From: a virus
Length of the DNA: 64,000 bases
Direction: 5' to 3' (one strand)
IMG/VR virus record: IMGVR_UViG_3300046373_000136
Coordinates: 14,155-78,154 of that record
Numbering within the stretch: the stretch's first letter is position 1; each line of letters starts with the position of its first letter. Positions 1 to 10,284 of this stretch are shown here, one piece after another. The translations under genes and the position numbers were made by a program. Below the pieces are notes generated by a model. It had not been told where the DNA came from, searched no databases, and saw only the letters and a list, made by a program, of their open reading frames with translations.

Positions 1-126
1 GGGCAGTAGCTCATCACAGTAGTGACAACTCCCTGCCGGCACCAGCTTGCTGTGCTTGCGCACGCTGCGCTGAGCCGTCAGCATTTGTTCGGCCACATCA
101 TTAGCCTGGTCAATGATGTCAGCCAT
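1..126 (-). CDS. TraR/DksA-like C4 zinc-finger protein (partial, runs off left edge)
   Basis: Manual translation from ATG at 126: MADIIDQANDVAEQMLTAQRSVRKHSKLVPAGSCHYCDELLP; N-terminal DxxDxA motif and first CxxC. Confidence 0.75.
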   Translation of the reverse strand, partial: MADIIDQANDVAEQMLTAQRSVRKHSKLVPAGSCHYCDELLP

Positions 127-127
127 G

Positions 128-613
128 TCAGTCCTTGAAGCAGTTGGATGATTCGACCCGTGCCCTTAGGGTGCGGTAGTCGGCAATGATGCTGTCGGCG
201 TCGGTTGCAAGCTGTCGAAGATCGCCTGTAAACGACTCTGGAAGGTACCCGGTGCGGGGATTGGTTTGCTCAGGACTTCCGGCCTTGGTGGCTTGGGTGG
301 TTCCGGCAATTCCACAGAACTTCGTGGCATCGACTGGCACCCGCTTACCAGCATTGTGAGCAGCAGTAGCCCGTACATCAGCCAGTTCTTTTTCATGGTT
401 CGTGCTTTCCAGTTCTGCATTGACCCGGTAGGTATCGGCCAATGCACTGTTTTCAGATACGCGAACGGACAGTCTTTGAATGGTCTCCGCTTGTACAGCG
501 ACGTTGACCGCATTCTGTCCGTACTTGTTGCCAGCCTCATACACGCCCCAGTAGCTACCAAGCAGGGCGAGTATGAGAGCCAGTGCAATTGCTGCCTTGG
601 CTCCCATTCCCAT
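128..613 (-). CDS. i-spanin (Rz-like)
   Basis: N-terminal TM helix, coiled-coil periplasmic domain, C-terminal Cys; contains a nested lipoprotein gene. Confidence 0.8.
   Translation of the reverse strand: MGMGAKAAIALALILALLGSYWGVYEAGNKYGQNAVNVAVQAETIQRLSVRVSENSALADTYRVNAELESTNHEKELADVRATAAHNAGKRVPVDATKFCGIAGTTQATKAGSPEQTNPRTGYLPESFTGDLRQLATDADSIIADYRTLRARVESSNCFKD
166..396 (-). CDS. o-spanin (Rz1-like lipoprotein), nested in i-spanin
   Basis: MKKNWLMYGLLLLTMLVSGC lipobox followed by Pro-rich EPPKPPRP in an alternative frame. Confidence 0.8.
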   Translation of the reverse strand: MKKNWLMYGLLLLTMLVSGCQSMPRSSVELPEPPKPPRPEVLSKPIPAPGTFQSRLQAIFDSLQPTPTASLPTTAP

Positions 614-615
614 GA

Positions 616-3600
616 TTACGCTACCGGCAAGGTAAAGACAGAAGGCGTGATGCCCACCACCTTGAGTGCACCGGTCTGGATCGAGCTTGTTTGCCCGTTT
701 GCCGTAACCACCACCCGCAGCTTCCAGGAGCCTTTAGGCAGCGTTGCCTGCTTCGAATACAAGCCACTGGCAACGGTAGCTGCACCGAGTGAGATCGCAG
801 CACCAGAGGGCTGTGGATCAGCGAAAACCGCTACGCTGCCATTGAGATCGCCCTGGAAGTCCACAGACCCGCTAATCGTGGCAGTTTTACCTGACAAGAT
901 TTGGCCATCTTGCGTTGAACGTGTGACCACCGGTGCGGCCGGAACCGGATCAGTTCCCCCTGTACCAGAAGCACCACTATCAAAGGTCAGACCACCGACA
1001 CCTGCAATCTCGAAGGCCGGGGCACCTGTTGCACCGGAGACACCACCTGCATTGAAGAAGCTGAACACAGGGATATGGCTACCTGGCTCAATCGTATCCA
1101 GCTCGACAGAGAAAGTACCATCACCCAACGTTACCGGGTAAGGCCCACTGCGTGTGGTGTCCGGTGAGTTCGGAACCAGGCTCAGGAATGCCGAGGTTGG
1201 ATTATTGGTAGTGGTACCACTCCACGTCACCGATTGACCATCAGGACCGAGAACCGAGGTTACTCGAGCCACCGTCAATGGTGTCGCTGGCGTACGTTGC
1301 ACAGGACCGATGTCTGGTGTCAGACCTCGGTTGTTACCTCGCAGATCGTTTGTGGAACGTGCACGGAGATTGGCAGCACCAATCAATGCACCCGCAGCCG
1401 ATGGCGTGTAATCACTGTTGGCATCCACCACGAAGTTGTTGGCCAGCACATAGCCGACTTGCGCCATGTCTTGATTGCCCACAGTCGAACCACCCGTGAT
1501 TGCTGTATCGAACACGTTGTTGAGGAACCGGTTCCATGCACTGTCGCTGTTGGTGAGGCGGCTACCACAGTTGATGCCCCAGGAATTTTCCATGGCCACC
1601 AAGCTGACATCGTTGAAGATGCGGGTAGTGAACACCCCCTTACGTACGATACCGCAGCCTTGCAAGTCCACTTGATCATTGAACAGAACTTGGTCCGGAC
1701 CTTCCTGGATGATCAGGCAGCTCCGCATCCGAGCACGCACACCATAACCACCGAAGCCAAGGCTACGATTGCTGTTGGCAGCACGGATACGGCAATTGGT
1801 GAATGTCGGCTGATAAGCACCACCCTGACCGTAGCCATTCGCAGCAGCACCCAGTGCAGCGTAGTAACTACGCCCAGCGGAAGATGGATCATCCGTCAGG
1901 TCCACATTCACACCAACCAGTTCACAGCCCTGGTTCACATTGAAACCATTGGCAAAGCCGGAAGATAACGTCAGGCCGGTTACATTGAAATTCACTGGAC
2001 CCAAGGCTGACATACCCAGTCCCGCCGCAGGACGGACGATGACATGGCAATCCTCATTCGAGGTTGCCGGCAGCAGGTTCACACCATCTGCACTCATGCT
2101 TTGGGTCAGCTCAGCGACCACCGACACACCCATGCCGACCACATCCAAGCCACGTACGTAATCCGAAAAGCTCCGGAATTCCGTATTGTTGGTGATGGTC
2201 CGGACGATGGCGTAATCAGCCCGGTAAGGCTGGTCAGCCGGCATGGCTACCGCAGAGGTGGAAGCAAAGTGCACCACGGAATCTGTTGGCTGTGTTGCGC
2301 TGATCGTGAAGTTACCACTGGCATAACCAGAACGGTTTGGTCCGAGAGTGATGCTGGATGGCGTGAAGGTAAGACCGGCACCCGACAGCTCAATCGTAAC
2401 AGCGTCGTTCAGGATACCGTTAGCTGCCAGTCGATAGGAAGGCGAGTTACCCACTGGGCCACCATTGGTCATCGTAACCACGATGGCCGTTGCTGTAGGC
2501 ACAGGCAGGAAAGCATCTGCATGCTTGCTGGCACCCGGTGCTGGATCGGTGAAGGTCGCGTTGTTCACCGAGAAGGCACCCGACATCACTTTCGTGACAT
2601 AGGCACCAGTAGCGCCGTAACGCACCAGGGTATTGGTTGGCACAGTGGCATTGGCGCCTTCACCCCCGAGATACACCCATTCGTACGGTGCAACGTTATT
2701 GGTGACTGGCGTCGAACCAAAGGAAGCAAGCTGGTTGCCTGCAATATCCGTGATCGGATTGCTTCCTGGCTTGACGTAAGACACATCAGGCACATCCGAG
2801 ATCGTGATTGCAGGTGTGATCCCCGACAAGGTGACCTTGTTGCTTGCAATGGCCAGAGCACTGGCCGTATGACCTGTCAGCGGAAAAGCGCTTAGTGCAG
2901 TTACCGTTACAGCCAGGGATTCACTGAACGTCAATTCCACACTGGTACCGTCTGCCGAAGTAACGGCAGATACTAGGGTTGGTGGAGTGGTATCAGTAAT
3001 AGCAGGGTTAACAATGTTGTTGACTGCCTGATTTGTAAAAGATGCTAGCGTGCCGCCATCCGTATCTTGAATGAAGTTCGAGACTGGCTTGGTGTAGCTA
3101 AATGCGATGGTTTCGCCTTGTGTGAAGTTCGGCGCAACTGCAATCACAAGCTGCGTATCTACAGCGCCACCGGATACTGCCGTTACCGTATGTCCTGGCA
3201 CACTAAAGGCAGCAACGGGATTGCCGATAGGTAATTTTAGTGAGGTGGTGAAGTTCAGTCGGATGGAACCACCTGCAATGCTAGTTGCTGCCGAACCAAT
3301 CGCCATGTTTGCTGGTGCTGAAGCTGTCTTGACCATCTGTGCAGGACTTGCAGTCAATGCATTCAGGTCAGCGGCGTTCTTGGCAACACCAGGATACACG
3401 GTGTACCACTTGAACTTGGCTGCTGCTCCGCCATTGAAGTCATCATGTGCACCAAGTACCTCATCACCAAAAACAAAGCCATTGGTGAAAGTTGCCGAAC
3501 CCGCTGCTACACCATTGACCGAGAACAGAATTGCACCATTGGCATCACAGGAGATACCTACTGTATTTTCACCTGCATGCAGAATACCTGCCGCAGAAGT

Positions 3601-4506
3601 AAAAATGGCCGCTATGTTGTCTTTGTTGAGAAAGAAGGAACCATCTGGGATAGTTCCCATGTAGACCGCACCCCCCGAATACCCACCACCACTTCCGTTG
3701 TAGTTGGTATTGAACAAGTCAATTGCTGCACCTGCAAAGTCGAAGGTGATAACACGGGTAAATACCGGATTATTAAATGCAGCATGGATACCCAAACCAA
3801 TTCTAGAAGTAGATCCAAATCCACCTGCTGTTGTGATGCCATCTGAATTGGCAACAGGGGGAGTAGAACCAGCCAATGCAACAGGATAGGCACCTGCATC
3901 AAGCGATTGCAGATTTCCTGTTGCCAATGGGTAAATTACTGCACCAGCAGCAAAGGCATTAGTCGAGTCAATGCCCAACGGGCTAACTGGGCGATTTACA
4001 CCAATACCTCCGGTACCTGCCAATTTTGATATGACAGTATTGAGTGTAGGAAATGCGACAAAATAAACAGCTTCGGCACTACGCCCAGTCAAGTCCCAAA
4101 TTGTCGTAAAGGTTGCACCCGCATCTATCGAGTAAGCCACATTCACTGTGGTACCGGTTCGAGTAAGGCGAATGAGTGCACCATTAACAATTGCAGGTGC
4201 CCCCCATCCTGCTTCACTACCATTGAACATGGGGTGATAATTATCACCAAGTAACAGGGCAACACCTGTTTCAATATCTGCCAAACCTGTGGGATTTGGA
4301 TTTGTGGTTAAGCCGTAAAATGATTTTTCCTGAAGATCCACTTTGAAAGTGAATGAACCATTTCCCCCTGCGGGGAGATGGTAGTCAGAAATACCATGAC
4401 CACCAATGGTATTACCAGTGCCATTATTTGTTGCGGTATAAATCAGGGCATCGGGTGCCCCTGATTCAGTGATGGCTACCAGACTTTTTAAGCGAAGTTT
4501 TGTCAT
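616..4506 (-). CDS. Large multidomain tail fibre/adhesin (lectin-like domains, two SwmB-like repeats, beta-helix, Ig-like C-terminus)
   Basis: 1296 aa, G/A/T/S-rich; repeat motif DTTPPTLVSAVTSADGTSVELTFSESL...SF..V.N occurs twice; DLRGNNRG..PDIG motif; in tail module. Confidence 0.6.
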   Translation of the reverse strand: MTKLRLKSLVAITESGAPDALIYTATNNGTGNTIGGHGISDYHLPAGGNGSFTFKVDLQEKSFYGLTTNPNPTGLADIETGVALLLGDNYHPMFNGSEAGWGAPAIVNGALIRLTRTGTTVNVAYSIDAGATFTTIWDLTGRSAEAVYFVAFPTLNTVISKLAGTGGIGVNRPVSPLGIDSTNAFAAGAVIYPLATGNLQSLDAGAYPVALAGSTPPVANSDGITTAGGFGSTSRIGLGIHAAFNNPVFTRVITFDFAGAAIDLFNTNYNGSGGGYSGGAVYMGTIPDGSFFLNKDNIAAIFTSAAGILHAGENTVGISCDANGAILFSVNGVAAGSATFTNGFVFGDEVLGAHDDFNGGAAAKFKWYTVYPGVAKNAADLNALTASPAQMVKTASAPANMAIGSAATSIAGGSIRLNFTTSLKLPIGNPVAAFSVPGHTVTAVSGGAVDTQLVIAVAPNFTQGETIAFSYTKPVSNFIQDTDGGTLASFTNQAVNNIVNPAITDTTPPTLVSAVTSADGTSVELTFSESLAVTVTALSAFPLTGHTASALAIASNKVTLSGITPAITISDVPDVSYVKPGSNPITDIAGNQLASFGSTPVTNNVAPYEWVYLGGEGANATVPTNTLVRYGATGAYVTKVMSGAFSVNNATFTDPAPGASKHADAFLPVPTATAIVVTMTNGGPVGNSPSYRLAANGILNDAVTIELSGAGLTFTPSSITLGPNRSGYASGNFTISATQPTDSVVHFASTSAVAMPADQPYRADYAIVRTITNNTEFRSFSDYVRGLDVVGMGVSVVAELTQSMSADGVNLLPATSNEDCHVIVRPAAGLGMSALGPVNFNVTGLTLSSGFANGFNVNQGCELVGVNVDLTDDPSSAGRSYYAALGAAANGYGQGGAYQPTFTNCRIRAANSNRSLGFGGYGVRARMRSCLIIQEGPDQVLFNDQVDLQGCGIVRKGVFTTRIFNDVSLVAMENSWGINCGSRLTNSDSAWNRFLNNVFDTAITGGSTVGNQDMAQVGYVLANNFVVDANSDYTPSAAGALIGAANLRARSTNDLRGNNRGLTPDIGPVQRTPATPLTVARVTSVLGPDGQSVTWSGTTTNNPTSAFLSLVPNSPDTTRSGPYPVTLGDGTFSVELDTIEPGSHIPVFSFFNAGGVSGATGAPAFEIAGVGGLTFDSGASGTGGTDPVPAAPVVTRSTQDGQILSGKTATISGSVDFQGDLNGSVAVFADPQPSGAAISLGAATVASGLYSKQATLPKGSWKLRVVVTANGQTSSIQTGALKVVGITPSVFTLPVA

Positions 4507-4521
4507 TCTGTATTCCCCTGA

Positions 4522-7122
4522 TTAAGCTGGACCGAGTTCGGTAGGCGCTTTGATTGGTGCGAGAGCCGGGTAGCAATATGTGAAGTCCCGGCCTGTCTGG
4601 TTGAACGGATTGCTATCTGCTGCTACATACGCAGCCTTGTCTGCCAGGTATTGTTCAGCCTTGGCAACCGCTGCTGCAAGCCGTGGATGAGCCACTTCAG
4701 GAAAGTAATCCCGGCGTGCAAACAAATATTGCAAAGGTTGATAGATGTTAACACCACGATCACCATTCATGACAGCACCACCAGCGTCCCGAATGAGATC
4801 GGAAGCATTACCTGTTGGGTTTTCCGACATGTACTGTGCCCAGCTTGATGGAATACGGCTGGTATAACCAAACACGTTCGGATCAACACCCTGATTCATC
4901 GGTGTATCGAGGATGTAGTTGATGATGAAGTGATCCATGTTGGCCATGTGATAGTCCAGCATCTTGACAGCCATACCGCTGCGAGCACGCAGTGCAGACC
5001 ACAGACCGAACTGCTTCATGAGCACCATCACGTGTGCCATGTAGTAGCCCAGACCGGTACCTTGCATCGCCCAGCCGTATTGGCTCATCACGATAGGCAG
5101 ACCCAGGTTGCGCAAGCCTTCTGCAAAGTGACCAGTCTCACCGTCTTCCACTACAGGCTTGTAGATGAACTGGTACATACCTTCGAAGTACTTCAGGAAT
5201 TGTTCTTCGATCTCTGCCTTGGTGAAACCCAGCGGGTGATCGGAGGCGACTTTCCAAGCCATTGTCCAGTGCATCCAGCGCCATGCCATGTCACGGACCA
5301 TGTATTCACCGCGCATGTAATGACCAGGATCACCAGTCATCATGACCGAGGTAATCACGTCGAACTTGCTACCGATAGCATGCATTGGCGAGCTGGACAG
5401 CAAAGCAATCCATGCCGCATTGGTGTAGCTGTGCAGCGAATCACGGCCCCAACCACCCCACCGATACAAATTTTCCTTGTCGAAGTGTTCAGAGTTTTCA
5501 CCACTGCGCATGTCCGACTTGACATAGATACCATTAGGATCAGCAGGGTTTTCTACGCCGGCCGAGTAGTAGCCGAACAGTTGTTGAATGCTGCCATCCA
5601 GCAGTTTCTTATTTGGCCGCAGGGTCATACCCTTAACATCCGACACCCAGTGGTTTGCATGGTTGAAGTAGCCCATGGAATAGCCATTGAACATGTCCTT
5701 GATCGGCACGTTGTCTTGGATACGCACATAGTTTGGATTGTCAGCCCACAGGGTAACCACTGATGGCATGGTCGAACGGTCATGACGTGGACCACCAGGA
5801 CCGGTGTACCAGTTGTGCAGCGAGTAAGAACCTGGCTCGTAGTCCCAGCCTTTGGCCCAACCGGAATAACCAACTGATCCACCGTCTTTGTTTAAGTCCT
5901 GATAGCTCATGTACGGGTCAGCCGGCGATGGACCATAGCCTGCACGTGGTTGTGGCCAGCGCGGTGCACAGTAGATGTTGGCCAAGCCATTGACGCTGTT
6001 ACCTTGGTAACCACCTGTGATGTTCGGTTCCACACCAATCGAGCTGGTATAGGCTTTGCCGATGGATGGACGGACCATGTTCGGGTTCATGCCGGCGTAA
6101 AACTTCGGCAGGTTGATCGAACGTTTTGGTTCCGTGTTCTGCCAAGGCAGCATCATGCCGCAGTTGGTGAATGGACGCAGTGGCTTTGTGCCAGTGCCAT
6201 CGTTATAGAAGCTCTGTTGCAGCGCAGGATCATTGATCGCCAAGCCGTCATGCATTTCAAAGACATGTAGGACGTTACCGGCTGCATTCTTCAATATGCC
6301 CTTGAAAGGCTTCGGCCGGGTGACATGGTTGGCACGATCATAGGTATCCGCAAACGGATAGGTAGTCCAGGTACCCCGGTGAGCCATGCAGCCAAGCACC
6401 TGATACAGCGGTTCCGTGTTGGCTACCGTGTTGCTCTTGTCAGCTACCAGCATGGTCATACCGATTTCAAATTCCCCATGCATGATCGACTGGTTCGACT
6501 GGTAGACACCGATGTCACCATTGGCCAATGCTACTTCCCGGTCTTCATACACGAAGTCCTTGGCACGAGTATTGAAGGCCAACGTACCAGCAAGCACCGG
6601 TGCAACAGGCACTTCCCAGTTCCAGATTTCCAACGTTGCCGGTGCATTGGCAGTTAGTGCTGGTACAGCCGGACCTACCCCAGTAGGTAGGTTGTCACGG
6701 AAGGCAATTGCAAAGTTAGCTGCCAGTGCCAGGCCATTGTTTGAAGTGAAATTGACGTTAGTCGTGAAGTCAAAATTACCCGAACCAAGCAGGCCAATCG
6801 AGCCTTCAATCCAGCGGCCATTGCCTTCGATACGTAGGACCGATTTGCCTGTGGACAGGTCAGCCGAGCTTTGTACCAGGGTACCCTTGAGCTTACCGAA
6901 CTTGCGGATACGTCCGGCAACCACGGTCAGTGCACCTGTGGCACCCACATTGCGGCACTCCACACCAGTGGCCCATGGATCAGGTGCACTGGCATTTGCA
7001 TCACGCTTGATCCGGACACGTTTATTCGGCCCGAGGGCCGTATCCAGAATCGTTGCCGCTTGCGTCATGGATGCCGCAGCATCCAATGCAGCACGGGTAA
7101 CTTCATCGCATTTGAAAGTCAT
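4522..7122 (-). CDS. Putative virion receptor-binding/depolymerase-like protein
   Basis: 866 aa; N-terminal domain resembles C-terminus of 9171..10190; aromatic-rich body; tail module. Confidence 0.45.
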   Translation of the reverse strand: MTFKCDEVTRAALDAAASMTQAATILDTALGPNKRVRIKRDANASAPDPWATGVECRNVGATGALTVVAGRIRKFGKLKGTLVQSSADLSTGKSVLRIEGNGRWIEGSIGLLGSGNFDFTTNVNFTSNNGLALAANFAIAFRDNLPTGVGPAVPALTANAPATLEIWNWEVPVAPVLAGTLAFNTRAKDFVYEDREVALANGDIGVYQSNQSIMHGEFEIGMTMLVADKSNTVANTEPLYQVLGCMAHRGTWTTYPFADTYDRANHVTRPKPFKGILKNAAGNVLHVFEMHDGLAINDPALQQSFYNDGTGTKPLRPFTNCGMMLPWQNTEPKRSINLPKFYAGMNPNMVRPSIGKAYTSSIGVEPNITGGYQGNSVNGLANIYCAPRWPQPRAGYGPSPADPYMSYQDLNKDGGSVGYSGWAKGWDYEPGSYSLHNWYTGPGGPRHDRSTMPSVVTLWADNPNYVRIQDNVPIKDMFNGYSMGYFNHANHWVSDVKGMTLRPNKKLLDGSIQQLFGYYSAGVENPADPNGIYVKSDMRSGENSEHFDKENLYRWGGWGRDSLHSYTNAAWIALLSSSPMHAIGSKFDVITSVMMTGDPGHYMRGEYMVRDMAWRWMHWTMAWKVASDHPLGFTKAEIEEQFLKYFEGMYQFIYKPVVEDGETGHFAEGLRNLGLPIVMSQYGWAMQGTGLGYYMAHVMVLMKQFGLWSALRARSGMAVKMLDYHMANMDHFIINYILDTPMNQGVDPNVFGYTSRIPSSWAQYMSENPTGNASDLIRDAGGAVMNGDRGVNIYQPLQYLFARRDYFPEVAHPRLAAAVAKAEQYLADKAAYVAADSNPFNQTGRDFTYCYPALAPIKAPTELGPA

Positions 7123-7135
7123 CTTGTTTCCTTGA

Positions 7136-9178
7136 TTAAGCAGCAGGAGTCATTGGAACATTGGCAGGTTTGCCAACAGGAGCAATTGGGCCAAGCGGTC
7201 CACCGGTATAGGTGAAGATTGGCGGTACACCAGGCATGTGATAGATACCGTTGGTCATGACCATACCGTAGTAGTTCGGATCACCTGCTGTCAGCGGCGT
7301 GGTGACATTTTTTGCCAGGGTACCGGCACCCACGAAATCGCAGTCAACAAAGTGCATCTGCACACTGGTGTCCTTGGAGGCCACGAACGAGGTATCACGT
7401 GCTGCATCAACATCGTTGATAAAGCGATCATTGGTGAACAGGTATTCCCGTGGACGGGTACCATCGATCATCTCGCCATTGGCACTTGGATTGGTCGTGA
7501 CACCGAACAGGTTACCGATAGCCACCAGGTTGTTCTGCACCGCATTCGATTTCTTGTGATAGATGTTGCCAGTCGAACGGCAGATGCCACCGTTTGGCAA
7601 ATCCAGTTCACGTGCATCGATTGCACCTTCCATCAAGGAGTTCTTGATGACCACCACGGCACAGCGAGCCTTCACATCATGGCCCGTAACCGAGTTCACG
7701 ATGGACGATTGCTCGATGGTCAAGGTTTGGTTGTTATGGCCGGCGTAGATGTTGTGGACATAACCAGTGGAGTTGTTGCCTTGGTTCGCATTGTTGTTCG
7801 GCGTACCGACACCGTTACCATCCAGTAGACAGTTACGGATCGTCAGTGGGGTATTGGTTGCATTGTCCGTCAAGATACCGTTGTTGCAATCCGTGATGTC
7901 CACGTTTTGTATCAACAGAGCAGCTTGGCCATTCTGACCAATACCGCGGCAGTCACCGTCATCATTGCGGCCACCGGTAATACGCAGATCACGTATTTCC
8001 ATGAACAGACCGGCACCACCATTGAAACCTGCACCACCTTCAGCACCCAGGACTTGCTTGCCGAACGATGGACGGTTGGCACCACGTGGTGGGCCTTCCG
8101 AATAGTCGGTCTTCATCATCTGAAGCAGAGGACGCAGTTCCGTGGTGCCATTGGTCAGCACGTCACCAGCAATGGTCACATGCAGTCCGGCTTCACTGAA
8201 GATGGTACCGGTGGCTTCGGCTGCTTTACCACTACGAGTAATGCTCACCGTGTCATTGTTGACCACGTGGTTGAAGGCACCTGTACCGGCTGCATTGCCC
8301 AGCATGCCATAGCGTGTTGCACCGATACGTGCAATCGGGCTGATCTTACCGAAGCCGGCCAAACTGGTTTTGACTGGAGCTACTTGCGTAATCCAGGTAA
8401 CCGAACCATCCGTTTCATAGGTAGGCGTCAGTGTGAACAGGTTCATGCCTCCGACGACTGAGGACAGGCCAGGAGGCTGTTGATCATCAAAGGCATACGA
8501 TGGACCCCAGTTACCCATAGGGAAAGGTCCAAGTGGCCCCTGGATGACTACCAGCGTAGGCTTGGTATCACCAACGAAGTTGACAGGATCGAGCACCTTG
8601 ACATTGGCTTGGTTCAGCACCAGACGGAAGGACTTGCCCACCGCACCATCAAGGGTAACTTCCCCGTTGACCGGTGTAACCAGCACTTCATTCATGACAC
8701 CACTACCACCCGAGCCGCCAGCACCCATCAGATCAGGCAACCAGCCGACTGCAAAGTTACCGGAGCCAATCTTCTTGAGGGCATAGCCGAGTGCCCCACC
8801 AGGAGGCAGCAAACGATTCAGGATGGCCTGGATCGTGGCATCAGAGATCACATCCACCGGTGTACCGCCTACACCCAGTGCAGCAAACAGATTATGTTCT
8901 GTCAGCACCCAGGTTGTGCGATAGGGGTCATAGGTGAAGATCGCAAACAGACCAGCCTTACCACCCATGGTGAAAGAGTTGGCCACATTACCATTGACGA
9001 AGAACTTGTGCGTCGAAGTCAGCGTGTAGTCTTTAGCATCTTCGGTATAGAAGTGCACGTTAAACGCATTGTCTGGTGGCGTGAAGTCGAGGTTAGCCCC
9101 CGTCATGTCACCGCGCAACGGGAACTTCCTGTTGCGATCAGCAAGCGTGATGATCTTGGTATTAGCCATATTAAACAC
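7136..9178 (-). CDS. Tailspike with right-handed parallel beta-helix (pectin-lyase fold)
   Basis: LPPGG..YALKK..W fibre motif; CNNGIL, GYVHNIY, GHDVKAR beta-helix motifs. Confidence 0.65.
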   Translation of the reverse strand: MFNMANTKIITLADRNRKFPLRGDMTGANLDFTPPDNAFNVHFYTEDAKDYTLTSTHKFFVNGNVANSFTMGGKAGLFAIFTYDPYRTTWVLTEHNLFAALGVGGTPVDVISDATIQAILNRLLPPGGALGYALKKIGSGNFAVGWLPDLMGAGGSGGSGVMNEVLVTPVNGEVTLDGAVGKSFRLVLNQANVKVLDPVNFVGDTKPTLVVIQGPLGPFPMGNWGPSYAFDDQQPPGLSSVVGGMNLFTLTPTYETDGSVTWITQVAPVKTSLAGFGKISPIARIGATRYGMLGNAAGTGAFNHVVNNDTVSITRSGKAAEATGTIFSEAGLHVTIAGDVLTNGTTELRPLLQMMKTDYSEGPPRGANRPSFGKQVLGAEGGAGFNGGAGLFMEIRDLRITGGRNDDGDCRGIGQNGQAALLIQNVDITDCNNGILTDNATNTPLTIRNCLLDGNGVGTPNNNANQGNNSTGYVHNIYAGHNNQTLTIEQSSIVNSVTGHDVKARCAVVVIKNSLMEGAIDARELDLPNGGICRSTGNIYHKKSNAVQNNLVAIGNLFGVTTNPSANGEMIDGTRPREYLFTNDRFINDVDAARDTSFVASKDTSVQMHFVDCDFVGAGTLAKNVTTPLTAGDPNYYGMVMTNGIYHMPGVPPIFTYTGGPLGPIAPVGKPANVPMTPAA

Positions 9179-10190
9179 CGTCCAGTGAACGTGGGATGAT
9201 CAACGTGATCGGACCCGGATTGAAACCGTCACCAATTGCCGTTGCCACATTGAAGGCAGCAGGCAAAGTGATCGTGCGAGCAAAGTTGGTACCACCAGAA
9301 ATTTCCATGGTCCAGACACCCGTGGCAGGATCAGCCACCACAATAGGTGAGACCGTAGTCATGTTGACGAGCACCACAGTGATGTCGATACCAGAAGTGC
9401 TCTGCGTCATGGAGCCGGCATAGTCAGCCGTCAGGATGACCACACCATCTTTCTTCAACTTGAGCTTTTGCGCTGTACCGAAGGCCGTGATGATTGCGTT
9501 GGCACCAGCAACCCGTTTAGCTCCGACTACCGCAGCAGCCACCGCAGCCTGATATGCCGTGAAGCTCGTGGTATCAAATACCGTCTGTGGTGTTGGCGTT
9601 GGATCAACCGGAGGAATAACCACACCACCGGATTCCCAGGCATAAGCACCTTGGATCGAGTCCGTGTTGTTGACGATGGTCGTGTTATTGATCGTCGTGC
9701 CGCCTCCGGTACCGGTACCAGAACCATTCGGGATAGGTACCCAGCGATAGGCACCAGCCCGATAGGCCAGCATCGTTTCATCCGTAGCACCAGGAGGCAG
9801 CGTGGATTCCGTTGCAGGACCGGGAGGTCCAGGCGGCAGGAAGAAACGCAGTTTGGTATGACCCACAGTCCCTACATCAACCACTGCCGGAGCCTGACCG
9901 TAGGGAATGGCCACAGCTTCTACTGCTTCGACCGAACCAATACCATCAAGTCCTTTTGGACCTGTTGGAATAAAGAAGTTGAATCTTTGGGCAGTATCCG
10001 TGGCATCCGGGTCTTCTTCGACACGGGCATTGCTACCGGCCGGCAGAGTAGTCGTGGAACCTGCATGCACTGTCAGCTTCGGATACTGGACCAGGCCCAA
10101 TGCATCTCGAAGCAGTTGCTTTTCTTGTTCGGTAATCTGGCGACCGTTGATGGTCACCCCCTTATTACCGGGTGGTTCATAGTTATTCAT
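9171..10190 (-). CDS. Tail fibre/adaptor protein with short collagen-like segments
   Basis: FFIPTGPKG and FFLPPGPPGP repeats; ATG at 10190 has a GGAG RBS. Confidence 0.55.
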   Translation of the reverse strand: MNNYEPPGNKGVTINGRQITEQEKQLLRDALGLVQYPKLTVHAGSTTTLPAGSNARVEEDPDATDTAQRFNFFIPTGPKGLDGIGSVEAVEAVAIPYGQAPAVVDVGTVGHTKLRFFLPPGPPGPATESTLPPGATDETMLAYRAGAYRWVPIPNGSGTGTGGGTTINNTTIVNNTDSIQGAYAWESGGVVIPPVDPTPTPQTVFDTTSFTAYQAAVAAAVVGAKRVAGANAIITAFGTAQKLKLKKDGVVILTADYAGSMTQSTSGIDITVVLVNMTTVSPIVVADPATGVWTMEISGGTNFARTITLPAAFNVATAIGDGFNPGPITLIIPRSLDGV

Positions 10191-10284
10191 CTTTAACTCC
10201 AATGACAGGTGGTGAGGGCTTGTGCTGTAGCGGCATCAAGGCTTGCCACCATTGAGCCAACATGTAAAACGCGATAGGGTTCAT
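10183..10284 (-). CDS. Small hypothetical protein (33 aa)
   Basis: ATGA overlap with the HNH stop; MNPIAFYMLAQWWQALM... Confidence 0.35.
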   Translation of the reverse strand: MNPIAFYMLAQWWQALMPLQHKPSPPVIGVKDE

